Shown here: positions 1-16,248 of the stretch, piece by piece
How the letters are laid out: each line of letters starts with the position of its first letter
How positions within the stretch are numbered: position 1 is the stretch's first letter
DNA from: the human T2T-CHM13v2.0 reference genome, Homo sapiens
Direction: 5' to 3' (one strand)
NCBI RefSeq assembly: GCF_009914755.1
Contig: NC_060932.1
DNA length: 64,000 nucleotides
Made by a program: the position numbers and the translations under genes
The notes under the pieces: model-generated
What the model was told of the DNA's origin: nothing
Seen by the model: the letters and a program-made list of their open reading frames with translations, nothing else
The model's database searches: none

Positions 1-426
1 GGTCCAAGCCCATCCCCGGAGATTCTGATCAGATTGCACTAAGCAGTACCCCAGGTGACTCTAACGAAGCACCTGTTAGCAGGCTGCATCTTAGAATTGG
101 CCATGGTGGAGGTTGGGGCACCAGATGCCCTGGGAACCCTAAAAGGGATGCTGCGTGTGAGATGGCAGTATAAGCCCAGGAGAAGTGGCTGACAGAGGCC
201 AGACACGGCTCGGAGCACACAGCCATGCAGGAGAGAGAGCATTTTGGACAGGCCAGATCCCAGAATGCAGTAGGAATGCTGAGAGTAGCAGGGACAGGAG
301 TGTTTGCATCTGGGTGCCTGGCTGCAGCACGGGATATGGCCCTAAATATGAACCCTTGTGATAAAAATGTCTCACTACTAGTCCACTGGGCATTACATAT
401 GCCTCATGTTCAAATCCACCCAGCAC

Positions 427-952
427 TTTTTTTTCTTTTATTTTACTTTAAGTTCTGGGAGACATGTGTTGAACGTGCATAGGTATACATGTGCCATGGT
501 GGTTTGCTGCACCTATCAACACATCATCTAGGTTCTAAGGCCCACAGGCATTAGATATTTGTCCTAATGCTCTCCCTCCCCTTTACCCTATCCCCAGACA
601 GGCCCTGGTGTATGATGTTCCCTTCCTGTGTCCATGTGTTCTGATTATTCAACTCCCACTTATGAGTGAGAACATGTGGTGTTTGGTTTCTATTCCTGTG
701 TTAGTTTGCTGAGGATAATGGTTTCCACCCTCATCCCTGTCCCTGCAAAGGACATGAACTCATTTCTTTTTTATGGCTACATAGTATTCCATAGTATGTA
801 TGTGCCACATTTTCTTTATCCAGTCTATCATTGATGGGCATTTAGGTTGCTTCAAAGTCTTTGCTATTGTAAATAGTGCTGCAATAATCATATGTGTGCA
901 TGTGTCTTGATAGTAGAATGATTTATAATCCTTTGGGTATATACCCAGTAAT
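427..952 (-). mobile_element. 5'-truncated L1 3' end (L1PA7/8-like)
   Basis: Poly(T) followed by TTTACTTTAAGTTCTGGGA... L1 3'UTR in reverse orientation; TSD CACCCAGCAC at 417-426 and 953-962. Confidence 0.9.
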
Positions 953-999
953 CACCCAGCACCTTTCGAAGCCCGCCCACAAACTATTCTCAATTTCTA

Positions 1000-1480
1000 G
1001 TCCAATCTCGGCAATCTACTTGGATGTCTGCGGCTTTGTAGCTGACCATCATCCAAACTCCTGCCTGAGCTCCAGGCAACATTCCTTGCATAGTCTGGCC
1101 AGCCTATTATCACAGTGACTAAGAATCCAGATTTGGGTCTCCTAGCTGGAGGACAAAGGACACCCGTGGGCTTTGGCTCTGGGGTGGATGACTGGACAGG
1201 ACAGGGATGACGGCGGAGTCTCCAAGATGATGCCCAGGGAGAAATCAGAAGGGCTTCAAGGTCAGCAGCCAGGCCCGACATCCACAAGCAGCAGTGGCAC
1301 GGCTCTTTCAAGAATGTCCCCAGTGAGCAAGGAGAGCTGTGCCCCCGGGCCTGCTCTTCGATGTCAGCCCATCTTCAGAGCCTTGATACCCAACCTTCCC
1401 AATATCATCTCAATAATTCTTTCTTCTGCTTAAATACACCAAAGCTCATTTCAGTAGATGACAACTGTGAAGTCCTTGTC
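1000..1480 (+). mobile_element. Old ERVL/MaLR-type LTR remnant (family uncertain)
   Basis: 3' end AATAATTCTTTCTTCTGCTTAAATACACCAAAGCTCATTTC...CAAC resembles the LTR33/LTR16/MLT1 terminus; boundaries approximate. Confidence 0.35.
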
Positions 1481-2367
1481 AAGCTTTCATTCAACTAGAA
1501 ACCGGACAGTCTACGTGATTCCAAAAAAGCAATGGACACTTCGATGCCCTTCTTGGCCCACAGGAGATCCCACTATGAGTCAGATCATAAAAACTAAATA
1601 ACGGTGAAGCCACTTCTACAAAAAATGTGCCTCCTGGAGAGGCTCAGCCTTTGCGAAATGCCTGCAGCCCAGATCTGGAGGCTTCCACAGGCATGTACCA
1701 CATTATACTACAGGTATTTTAGCCAAATTGCTTTTGATTTTTGAAATGTGCAGATTGCCTTTGTTGCAGGAACTGTTGGCATGAGGATGCATATTTGAGG
1801 CTTGTTAAGGACGCTCGTTACACAGGAGAGAGTGATGGAATTGTTCTAGCTGCGCAGGGAAGCACAGAGGCGAATGTGAGTATCAGCTCCCGGAGCTTCC
1901 GTATCATTTCTTACGTACGGCACAGGACCTGAGGGCTCAGGGTCCCCTCCACCTGCTTCTGAAAGAAAAGTCTTCATTTGGCTGTAGTTGAATAACCTCC
2001 CCTCGCCGAGACTCTTCTGTATGGCGAGGCTCGAAGCCGTTTCCAATTAACCTTTCCCATGAATGCATAGGGGCCCAGCCAAGTGGGCCATTTGTGATTC
2101 TTTTCTTTAGCTGCTTTTACTGTGACCATCTCAGATAAGAGAAATGAATTGGAGCAATTCTACAGTGAGTCTTAGGATGGATTTTCTGTTACGAATAAAA
2201 TTTGCTGTCAAGCTACTTTGGCAGCTCTGTTTTCATTAAAGGTCATTCAGAAAGTGGCTCCATGACAGCTACTGCCAGCCCCCTCCAGTCCCCCAGCGAC
2301 TTCCAGCGCGGTTCACGCAGTGACACCTGGTGGCCAGAAGGTGTCCTTGCAATGAAGAGGCAAGAAA

Positions 2368-2945
2368 GTGTGTCCACGTATCTGCGTGTCTGTGTATCTG
2401 TGTGTCCACGTACATGTGTGTATCTGTATGCCTCTGTGTGTATATCTGTGTGTGCATGTGTGTGTCTGCACATCCATTTGTGTGTGTGTATGTCTAGGTA
2501 TCTGTGTGCATATGTGTATCTGTACATATACGTCAGTGTGTTCATGTATGTATCTGTGTACCTGTGTGCATGTATGAATGCAGGTATGTATCTGCGTGCA
2601 TGAGTGTATCTCTCTGTGTGTATGTATACATCTCCGTGTATATCTGTGTGTGCACATAATATATCTGTGTGCACGTGTGTGTGTCTGGGTTTCTGTGTGT
2701 GCATATATGTGTATCTGTGTATGTCTGTACATATATGTCTGCATGTTGACGTATATATCTGTGTGTATCTATGTGCACATGTGTGTATCTGTATGACTGT
2801 GTATCTGTGTGTGCACACACACATTTGTATGTATCTCTGTGTGAGTATGTATCTCTGTGTGCCAGTGTGTCCATATGTGTGTGTCTGGTTGTATCTGTGC
2901 ACATGTCTATGTCTGTGGCATCTCGGAGTATGTGTGTGCACATCC
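2368..2945. repeat. Degenerate (TG/TA)n, TGTGTATC-type simple repeat
   Basis: ~580 bp of largely alternating purine-pyrimidine sequence (gtgtatctgtgtgtgca...); produces the spurious C/V/Y/H/T-rich ORFs. Confidence 0.95.
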
Positions 2946-4254
2946 ATGCATGGAAGGAGGCTCATGGATGCCTGGAGGCTCAGCAGGTAAACGTCCTTTT
3001 GACACCCTCCAGTCATTTAACCTGCTTGGCTCTCCATGTCCAGTACTTTTTATTTTCTCTAGTCCCCAGTCTGGGACCCTGCTTTGTGTAGAGTAGATAT
3101 GGTTAGCTGGCTAGTTTCCCCTTCTCTTCTAAGAAATTATGTGAAGTACTTAGGATAAAGTTTTGTCAAAATATTTCCCATACAAATGTACCACTAGCAG
3201 CTTCTACTTTTTTCCCAAACTCTCTTGTCCATAAGCAAAATGACAAATAACCCTCTGTGTCCTGGCCTACAATACAAAAGAGAGAAAACAAAACTTTCCC
3301 CCTTAATTTCAGTGGTGGCACACTCTCTGGCTTTTACCCAATTCTTCCACCAACCACCTCTTAGTCCACCACTAGGAATCAGCCCATCAGATTCCATTTC
3401 TTAAGCAACACACTGCTTTGCAGGGGGCTGTGGCTGCAGAAACAGAGAATAAGAGGGAACCGGACTTGCTGCCAAGCCAGGTATTTGAAGTATTTTCTCT
3501 CTCTTTCATCAGTGACAGAGGCATTAGCTGTATTTTGCAGGTAAGGAAATCAAGATTAGTCAGGTGAGCAGGTAAGCCCCATATATGAGATCTCACCTTG
3601 AGCACTGAAGGACAGGACAGAATTGAGAGCTGAGTCAAGAGACACACCAAACATTCAGAGGACAGAGAGATCACTGAGACTCCAGTAGCCAGGGAGTGGG
3701 GAAGTTGGAAGCTGAACTCAGAAAGAATCTGGCAAAAGTTACTGAAGGCAAAGAATGAGGAAAGTCCCCTATAAAAGGTGGTGGGACCTCTGTGAGAGAC
3801 ACCCAGCTGTGAATTTGACATGTGAGGGCTCAATAGGACCTGTCTAAACTGTAAACTGTGTATTAGCGAGTAGTGGAAAATAAGTTAAACTAGAGAAGGT
3901 CAGATTTTAGAGAGTGACAAAAAATTGGCAGGGGGAATTTACATCAGACGGGTGGAAAATGGAGAGCTATTGAAGGCTACTTACCAGGCTGTCAAATGAA
4001 GAAAATCTTTGTAAATATTTTCCCATTCAAGAAAAAAATGAAAACTTCTTACAACCTTAACTTGTTGGCATGGGCCCCCACCAACAGCATGTGTAAATCT
4101 ATAAGACTCTATGTTAGTGCATCTTATAAGGAACTACATCCATCTGTGGTTACTTGGAACTCATAAATCATTTGATGTCATCCCCACATCAACAAAGCAG
4201 GGTAGAAGCAGAGCTCAAACTTGTCTTTATTCCCACAGTAAAAGCCACATACAT

Positions 4255-4600
4255 TCGAGACTCCAACCAATATTTACTGAATGCCTGTTGTTTGCCCAGA
4301 ACTCATGTAGATTCTGCTGAGATGGCCAAAACAGACATGATTGCTACCCTTAGGAAGCTTACCATCCAGCGAGAGAGAGGCTCAAAACCCACCCCCTAAA
4401 CGCTAACGATTCATTCTGCACTGTACTATGGAGTAGGAGGGAAACACAACTTGTCCTGGTGAGCAGTCACAGGGGGACTAGGGGCTCACTCGAGGCAAGC
4501 GGTCTTAGAATCTTGCAGAGAAGATTCCTACTGAGGCCTGAAGGTGAGAAGGAGCCAGGGATGCAGGGGGCGGGAGAAAGAAAAGTCAAGAGAGAGGTTA
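4255..4600 (-). mobile_element. L2 fragment
   Basis: CAACCAATATTTACTGAATGCCTG...ACAGACATGATTGCTACCCTTAGGAAGCTTAC matches the reverse L2 3' end. Confidence 0.6.
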
Positions 4601-4649
4601 TTGGCCACAACTTGCTCCTAGCCCACGGGAAACAAAAAAACGGAAATTT

Positions 4650-4890
4650 GTTTTCTCCATCTTCCAGAACTCAACTCAGACATCCAGTCCTCCAAAACCT
4701 CATCCTAACCCTAGAGACAGTTAATTACCATCAACCCTCCTACCAGGAGGTGGTTAATCAAGTGCTTTCCGTGGGTGTATATTTCTTTACCCATCTGTTT
4801 CTCTAAGAGATTGTGAGCTTCACTTCATCAGAACAAGACCCTTTCTTCTCCAAAATGGCATGTGGCACCATAAATGTATGATGAATTGAG
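4650..4890 (+). mobile_element. L2 3' fragment
   Basis: GATTGTGAGCTT...GGCACCATAAATGTATGATGAATTGA resembles the L2 3' terminus. Confidence 0.45.
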
Positions 4891-4979
4891 TTGGATCCAA
4901 AGTGCCTGCATGAGGTTTTCATTGCACCACATCAGTTTCACCCATCATAAATGCTTAAGCCCTGCTTCATCAGTTAGGA

Positions 4980-5018
4980 TAAAATAAAATAAAATAAAAT
5001 AAAATAAAATAAAATAAA
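4980..5018. repeat. (TAAAA)n microsatellite
   Basis: About 7-8 perfect TAAAA units. Confidence 0.95.
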
Positions 5019-5051
5019 CAAAACACAATTCTGTGAAAAATCAACTTTATA

Positions 5052-5329
5052 GGCCAGGTTCACATCTGTAATCCCAGCATTTTGTGAGGCCGAGGTGGGT
5101 GGATCACCTAAGGTGAGGAGTTCGAGACCAGCCTGGCCAACACGGTGAAACCCCGTCTCTACTAAATTAGCCGGGCGTGGTAGCAGGCGCCTGTAATCCC
5201 AGCTACTCGGGAGGCTGAGGCTTGAACCCAGGAGATGGAGGTTGCAGTGAGCTGAGATGGCGCCACTGCACTCCAGCCTGGGCTACAGACTGAGACTCTG
5301 TCTCAAAAAAAAAAAAAAAGACAGAAAAA
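5052..5329 (+). mobile_element. AluS (Sx-like) with internal deletions
   Basis: Alu dimer with poly(A); TSD GAAAAATCAACTTTA at 5035-5049 and 5330-5344. Confidence 0.95.
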
Positions 5330-5351
5330 GAAAAATCAACTTTACTTCTCT

Positions 5352-5890
5352 TTCTCTTTTTTAAACAAATTTTACATAGACAGGTGTATATATTCATGCG
5401 GTACATGAGATGTTTTGATACAGACATGAAATGTGAAATCATCAAATCATGGAGAATGGGGTATCCATCCCTTTACGCATTTATCATTTGTGTTACGAAC
5501 AATCCAATTACACTCTTTTTAGTTATTTTTAAACATACAATTAAGCTATTTTGACTATAGTTACCCTTTTATGCTATCAAACACTAAGTATTACTCATTC
5601 TTTCTACTTCTTTGCACCCATTAACTATCCCTGCCTCTCCCCAACTTCCCACTACACTTCCCAGCCTCTGGTACCCATTCTTCTCGTCTCTGTCTCCATG
5701 TGCTCAATTGTTTTGATTTTTATGTCCCACAAATAAGTGAGAACATACGATGTTTGTCTTTTTGTGCCTGCCCTATTTCACTTAATATAATGATCTCCAG
5801 TTCCATCCACGTTGTTGTAAACGACACAATCTCATTCTTTTTTATGACTGAATAGTACTCCATTGTGTCTAAGTACCACATTTTCTTTCT
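5352..5890 (-). mobile_element. L1MA2/3-like 3' end
   Basis: GTACATGAGATGTTTTGATACAG...ATGGAGAATGGGGTATCCATCCC...CCCACAAATAAGTGAGAACAT is typical L1MA 3'UTR in reverse. Confidence 0.8.
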
Positions 5891-5945
5891 TCTTTTTAAT
5901 CTTACTAAATTCCTTGATTGAGGATTCTAAAAACGAGTAATAATA

Positions 5946-6310
5946 TAGATGGTCCCCAACTTACAATGGTTCTGCTTTTGATTTTTCAACTTTATAATGG
6001 TGGGAAATCAACACGTATTCCATAGAAACTGTACTTTGAGTTCCATACATCCACGCTGTTTTTCACTTTCAGTATAGTTTTCAATGAATTACAAGAGATA
6101 TTCAACACTTTATTATTAAACTGACTTAGTGTCAGATAATTTTGCCCAACTGTTGGCTAATGTAAGTATTCTGAGCATGTTGAAGGTAAGCGAGACTATG
6201 CTATGATGTTTGGTAGGTTGAGTGTACTAAATGTATTTTGGACTTAAAATATTTCCAACGTGTGATGAGTTTATCAGGACATCACCCCATAATAGATCAA
6301 GTAGCGTCTC
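5946..6310 (-). mobile_element. MER47A-like TcMar-Tigger MITE
   Basis: AGATGGTCCCCAACTTACAATGGTT terminus and internal TTTGCCCAACTGT..GCTAATGTAAGT..CTGAGCA; ~365 bp. Confidence 0.8.
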
Positions 6311-6795
6311 CAATGTGCAGCCTGTTTGGAGCACATTTGGAGAACCTGCAGAGGTAGGCTAGGAAAGGTAGGGAAGTCTAAGCTAGAAATAGTCATTTGG
6401 AGTAATGCAAAATCAAGTAATTATACAAAAAAGGTTCAAGGGTTTGGAGCAAAATCTATGTGTGTTTATTCATTTGTTTTTTTTAATGGTCTCAAAAAGA
6501 AGATACAATCAGGGGTAGGGTATCTCCTAAGTGTGCAAAGACACCCTCCGGGAGAAGAGAATCTACATGTGATGGGAGTGCCAGGGTGGCTCCCTTCTAC
6601 TTCCTCACCTGCTGTCCAAGAATGAAATACCCAAGTACTCATCAGCCTTATTCAGCTGATTTAACTTGGAGTGAACAAACCAAAGCCATTCCTGTGACAG
6701 CTGTTCATGAGAAGGAGCAGAGAAGCCAGTTACTATGGAGGGAAATGCCCTTACTTTGAGTTCTACTACAGGTGGAGAAGTTAAAAGTCATCCTC

Positions 6796-7088
<293 letters not shown>

Positions 7089-7310
7089 AAAAGTCATCCT
7101 TAAAATTAGGTCTTTATTGAAACTGAAAACTGATAGGCATCCATCATGAAGTTTCCAAATAGAACCACTGTGAGAATTTCCTTCCTTGCGCTGAAGGCAG
7201 TCTCCTCTGCTACTTAATGCTTATACTTGGCTGGTTTAACCACGAGACTCATTCTTGAAAAGAAAAATAATAACAATTGAAGCACACTAACCAAATGTCC
7301 ATTAGGTTTG

Positions 7311-7828
7311 TGTGATGGTTAATATTTGGTGTCGACTTGACTGGATTGAGGGCTGCCTGACAGCTAGTAAAGCACTGTTTCTGGGTGTCAATGCAGAAGT
7401 TTCCAGACGACATTTCCAGAGGAAGACCTGCCCTCAGTGTGGATGGTCACCAGCCCATCAGTTGGGACCCAACTGGAGCAATAGACAGGCAGAAGAAGGG
7501 GGGATTCACTCTGCTTTCCTTCTTCCAGAGGAAGAACCTTTTTCTCTTGCCCTTGGACATCAGACTCAAGGTTTTTCAGCTTTTGAACTCTGGAACTTGC
7601 ACCAGACACCAAGATGGGGGCTCTTGGGCCTGGCTGGGGGCTTTACTCATGACTTCCCTAGTACACAAGTTTTGGGCTTGACCTCAGCCAGGCTATCGGC
7701 TTCTCTGATTCTGCAGTTTGCAAGTGGCCTATGGTGGGACTTCGCCTCTGATGGCATCGGCCAGGTCCCCTAATACATCTCCTTTTGTTGATCATACTGG
7801 CTCTGTCTCTCTGGAGAAACCTAACACA
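7311..7828 (+). mobile_element. MLT2B-like (HERV-L) solo LTR
   Basis: TGTGATGGTTAATATT...GTCGACTTGACTGGATTGAGG start and CTGGAGAAACCTAACACA end; 5-bp TSD GTTTG at 7306-7310 and 7829-7833. Confidence 0.9.
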
Positions 7829-9467
7829 GTTTGATGACAGCTGAAGCCTGCTTTCCTAACACAAAGCAGGTTCTAATATTTCACAGGCACTCAGTAGGAA
7901 TGTGTAGGATGAATGAATGAATTAATCAATGGACAAACGCCTGATGCAAATGCTGAGACCCTAGTGGCACCAAAGCTTTAATGAAAATTGGTTAGGAAAC
8001 AAAAGCTGTTTCTTGACAGCAGCACTTGAAAAACTCTGCAGGTAAAAAATGAACTAACTAACCTTCATAACTAAGCCATAGCCCAACCCGCACAGGGCAG
8101 ACCTGCCCCAGTTCCAGCTTCTGCCCTGAGCCCAGGCCCCAAGCTGCGGACTGACAGCTCCTGACCGCATCCCTCCAGCCCAGGCTTCCCACTGTTGCTA
8201 ATCTCCAGGCCGCCCATGGCTCCATGAGCTTTCTTAGCCTTTTCATCAGCTTTGTAACAAATTCCCTACATGAAATTTACTTTGTTCCCAGAAATGGCAC
8301 AACCAAGCATAGTCAACTATCAATTTTCCTAAGGCACTCATCTGCCCCACAGTTTATCTGCAGAAAATCTTGCTTTCAAATTCTTAGGAACCTAATTAAG
8401 CAAAATAGAAAAGAAAGATCTTTGTTGAGACCACCCACGATCTTGTGTTTGCATTTTCTGCTCCATGTATTCTTTAGTCCAACAAGTGATCTTTCAAACC
8501 AAAACACTTAATTACCTAATTATTTCCTCAAAACCTGGAGATACATGTATTAGAAATCCAGTGGAAAGAGAGAAGAGGATGGGGGTAACCTCTATAGAGC
8601 CCACGGTTCTGCCGCCATCTGAGAGCTGATATTATTTCCCGGATTTTAGAAGCCAGAAAAAGTTTAAACTGATAAAAACGTTAAATAAATTAGACAACTC
8701 TCATCTTCTTTTGAGTCAGATATTCATAATGTAGTTCATCATTTTTTAAGATTATGTGCCAACCCATAGTAGAAATGTTAATAAAAGCAGAAAGAACAGT
8801 GTTCAAAAAGTCCTCCTAGGCCTTGGTTATTTTGATTAGCTAGATAGTGCCTTCATAATTTTAACACCTATAATTCACTGAATTGATGATTATTTACATT
8901 TATTTTTAGTAAGAAACTACTACGTGAAAGCCCTGAGTTAATAAAATAAACCCTAATTTGTTATTTATCTGCAGATTCAAAATATTTAGATGTTCTAACA
9001 TGAGGAACAGAGGGCTAGTTATATAACCCTGAATGGGGAAGAGACCTTTCTCTGGGAAGTCAGCCCCCTTAGACCTACAACTTCTCGAGATATGGCCATG
9101 AAGAGCCAAGGGGAAGAAGAGCTCTCACCCCATCTGCACTCATAGCTGGATAAACGCTGACAATCAATAAATGGCAGATGTCTTATGAGATTATACTCAG
9201 GTTACTAGTCAGATAAAACTGGAGACAAGACCAATTCTCCTGTGCCATCTTCCTCTATGGAGTGGTACACCAGTCAAGGGCCAAGTGAGTCACTGAAGAC
9301 AGGGGTTGTCTGTCTGTTTAGGGAGCTTCAAACAAAGGCTCCAACAGTTTTATGGACCTATAGTCAGGGGTAGGATTCAGAGTGGAAAGCACCAAGAACT
9401 GAGTAGCAACAGGGAAGGATGTCCTCAGTGATTCCTCCTCCAGCCTCCAGTGAGGGGCAGGAGCCTA

Positions 9468-9858
9468 AGGAAGTCAAATTGTCCCTGTTTGCAGATAAGA
9501 TGACTGTATATTTAGAAAACCCCATTGTCTCAGCTCAACATCTCCTTAAGCTGATAAGCAACTCCAGCAAAGTCTCAGGATACAAAATCAATGTACAAAA
9601 ATCACAAGCATTCCTATACATCAATAACAGACAAACAGAGAGCCAAATCATGAGTGAATTCCCATTCACAACTGCTTCAAAGAAAATAAAATACCTAGGA
9701 ATCCAATTTACAAGGGATGTGAAGGACCTCTTCAAGGAGAACTACAAACCACTGCCCAGTGAGATAAAAGAGGACACAAACAAATGGAAGAGCATTCCAT
9801 GCTCACGGATAGGAAGAATAAATATCACAAAAATGGCTATACTGCCCAAGGTAATTTA
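9468..9858 (+). mobile_element. Isolated internal L1PA ORF2 (RT-region) fragment
   Basis: Translates to [46 protein letters not shown]...LPKVI; no 3'UTR, no poly(A), no evident TSD. Confidence 0.9.
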
Positions 9859-9929
9859 ATGAGCACATGTTTAATAAGCATCTATTCCAACTAGGTCCTA
9901 GAGAAGTACAAGATTAAGAATTCAATATA

Positions 9930-10207
9930 GCCTGTAATCTCAGCACTTTGGGAGGCCAAGGTGGTTGGATCTCTTGAGCCCAGGAGTTGGAGACCAGCAT
10001 GGACAACAGAGTGGACCCCAGCTCTACAAAAATTACCACAATTAGGCTGGTGTGGTGGCATGTGCCTCTGGTCCTAGATACTTAGGAGGCTGTGGTGGAA
10101 GGATCAATTGAGGCCAGGAGGTGGAGGGTGCAGTGAGCCCAGATTGCACTACTGCAGTCCAGTCTGGGCAACAGAGTGGGGCCTTGTCTCAAAAAAAAAA
10201 AAAAAAA
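9930..10207 (+). mobile_element. AluJ, slightly 5'-truncated, inserted in an L2 relic
   Basis: J-type CTTGAGCCCAGGAG; TSD AAGAATTCAA(T/G)ATA at 9916-9929 and 10208-10221. Confidence 0.92.
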
Positions 10208-10411
10208 AAGAATTCAAGATAAATTTTAAAAACTATACTAGTTAGGAAGAAAAGCATGTGGACAAGTGTTACCATCGATATATGTTCAATGTCATAAGGG
10301 GGTACATAGGACCAGTGATATCTGCCATCTGAAAAGTCACGGGATAGTTCTCAAAGAGATACTTTAACTGGGTCTAATAAAATAATTGAGATATCAAATG
10401 CACATAAAACA

Positions 10412-10414
<3 letters not shown>

Positions 10415-10448
<34 letters not shown>
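10415..10448. repeat. (GT)17 microsatellite
   Basis: Perfect GT run. Confidence 0.97.
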
Positions 10449-10450
<2 letters not shown>

Positions 10451-10469
10451 TCTCTACTAGTGAGAGGTC

Positions 10470-10610
10470 CTGTGGTGGTAAGGAGCTTGGACCATAAAGC
10501 AGGTGGCCTGTACTCTAGTTCGCACTCTGTCCATCTACTCCAGGTCCCCAGGCACATCACGTCCCCTCTCTGGATCTCTGTGCTGCAATAAACCATCAGG
10601 TGCATTTTAT
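10470..10610 (+). mobile_element. MIR
   Basis: GTGGTGGTAAGGAGCTTGGAC...GGCACATCACGTCCCCTCTCTGGATCTCTG resembles the MIR core. Confidence 0.55.
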
Positions 10611-11343
10611 GTCTAAATAGTATGACTCACATGCTTCAATCTGACTTTGTTCTCCCCATCCCATCATCATCATTGCCCCTCTCAGGCCCTCCAGGACACC
10701 TGGCTGATTCTGGACAAGAATGAGAACAAGTATTAAACCACTGCACAGGAGGGTGACCAACCCCATTGCACCATATCCTCTAAGCCAGGACATTTGGTCA
10801 ACTGACCAGACTAATCCCCGTCCTGGAGATGGCATGGTCAATGGCCATCGCTGCCCATACCTAGAGAGCACAGTCAGCAGAGGAAGGGGGATGGCTGCAA
10901 GTCATAGCCTTGTCCCTGTCCTCTACAGCTGGCAGGCACTTCAAGCGGGATCCGAGTGTGGCTAGAGTCTTCCATAAAACACCCACTTCATTGAAATCAG
11001 CAGCAGCTCTGTGTGGTGACCCTGGAGTTGCCTATCACCTCTTCCCCATAGGAAATGTCCATGTGTTTTCTTGCATCTCTTCTACCTCTACTCCTCAGTC
11101 TCTCTTTGTCTAATAGTTCCAATCTCTGTCTTTTTTTTATTATACTTTAAGTTTTAGGGTACATGTGCACAATGTGCAGGTTTGTTACATATGTATACAT
11201 GTGCCATGTTGGTGTGCTGCACCCATTAACTTGTCATTTAGCATTAGGTATATCTCCTAATGCTATCCCTCCCCCATCCCCCCACCCCACAACAGACCCC
11301 AGAGTGTGATGTTCCCCTTCTTGTGTCCATGTGTTCTCATTGT

Positions 11344-15168
<3,825 letters not shown>

Positions 15169-15232
15169 TATGATGTTAGCTGGTTATTTTGCTCGTCAGT
15201 TGATGCAGTTTTCTTCCTAGCCTTGATGGTCT

Positions 15233-16248
15233 TTACATTTTGGCATGTGATTGCTGTGGCTGGTACCAGTTGTTCCTTTCCATGTTTAGTGTTTCCTTCA
15301 GGAGCTCTTTTAGGGCAGGCCTGGTGGTGACAAAATCTCTCAGCATTTGCTTGTCTGTAAAGCATTTTATTTCTCCTTCACTTTTGAAGCTTAGTTTGGC
15401 TGGATATGAAATTCTGGGTTGAAAATTCTTTTCTTTAAGAATGTTGAATATTGTCCCCCAATGTCTCCTGGCTGGTAGAGTTTCTGCTGAGAGATCCGCT
15501 GTTACTCTGATGGGCTTCCCTTTGTGGGCAACCCAACCTTTCTCTCTGGCTGCCCTTAACATTTTTTCTTTCATTTCAACTTTGGTGAAACTGACAATTA
15601 TGTGTCTTGGAGTTGCTCTTCTCGAGGAGTAGCTTTGTGGCGTTCTCTGTATTTCCTGAATCTGAATGTTTGCCTGCCTTGCTAGATTGGGGAAGTTCTC
15701 CTGGATAATATCCTACAGAGTGTTTTCCAACTTGGTTCCATTCTCCCCGTCACTTTCAGGTACACCAATCAGACATAGAATTGGTCTTTTCACATAGTCC
15801 CATATTTCTTGGAGGCTTTGTTCATTTCTTTTTATTCTTTTTTCTCTAAACTTCCCTTCTCACTTCATTTCATTCATTTCATCTTCCATCACTGACACCC
15901 TTTCTTCCAGTTGATCACATCAGCTCCTCAGGCTTCTGCATTCTTCACATAGTTCTCCAGCCTTGGCTTTCAGCTCCATCAGCTCCTTTAAGGACTTCTC
16001 TGCCTTGGTTATTCTAGTTATCCATTTGTCTAATTTTTTTTCAAGTTTTTAACTTCTTTGCCATTGGTTTTAATTTCCTCCTGTAGCTCAGAGTAGTTTG
16101 ATCACCTGAAGCCTTCTTCTCTCAGCTCGACAAAGCCATTCTCCATCCAGCTTTGTTCCATTGCTGGTGAGGAGCTGTGTTCCTTTGGAGGAGGAGAAGC
16201 GCTCTGCTTTTTAGAGTTTCCAGTTTCTCTGCTCTGTTTTTTCCCCAT
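15233..16248 (-). pseudogene. L1 ORF1p, disrupted
   Basis: ATG at 16248 (ATGGGGAAAAAACAG); C-terminal part MKEKMLRAAREKG...QSHAKM*; span is 1016 nt, so frameshifted. Confidence 0.9.

Noticed and set aside
2202-3096. Many overlapping 60-257 aa ORFs rich in H/T/Y/C/V
   Set aside because: They are translations of the TG/TA simple repeat, with no coding signature.
9419-9859. 146-aa ORF with a novel N-terminus fused to RT-like sequence
   Set aside because: It is an L1 ORF2 fragment with a chance upstream ATG; the catalytic FADD motif is mutated to FADK and the domain is partial.
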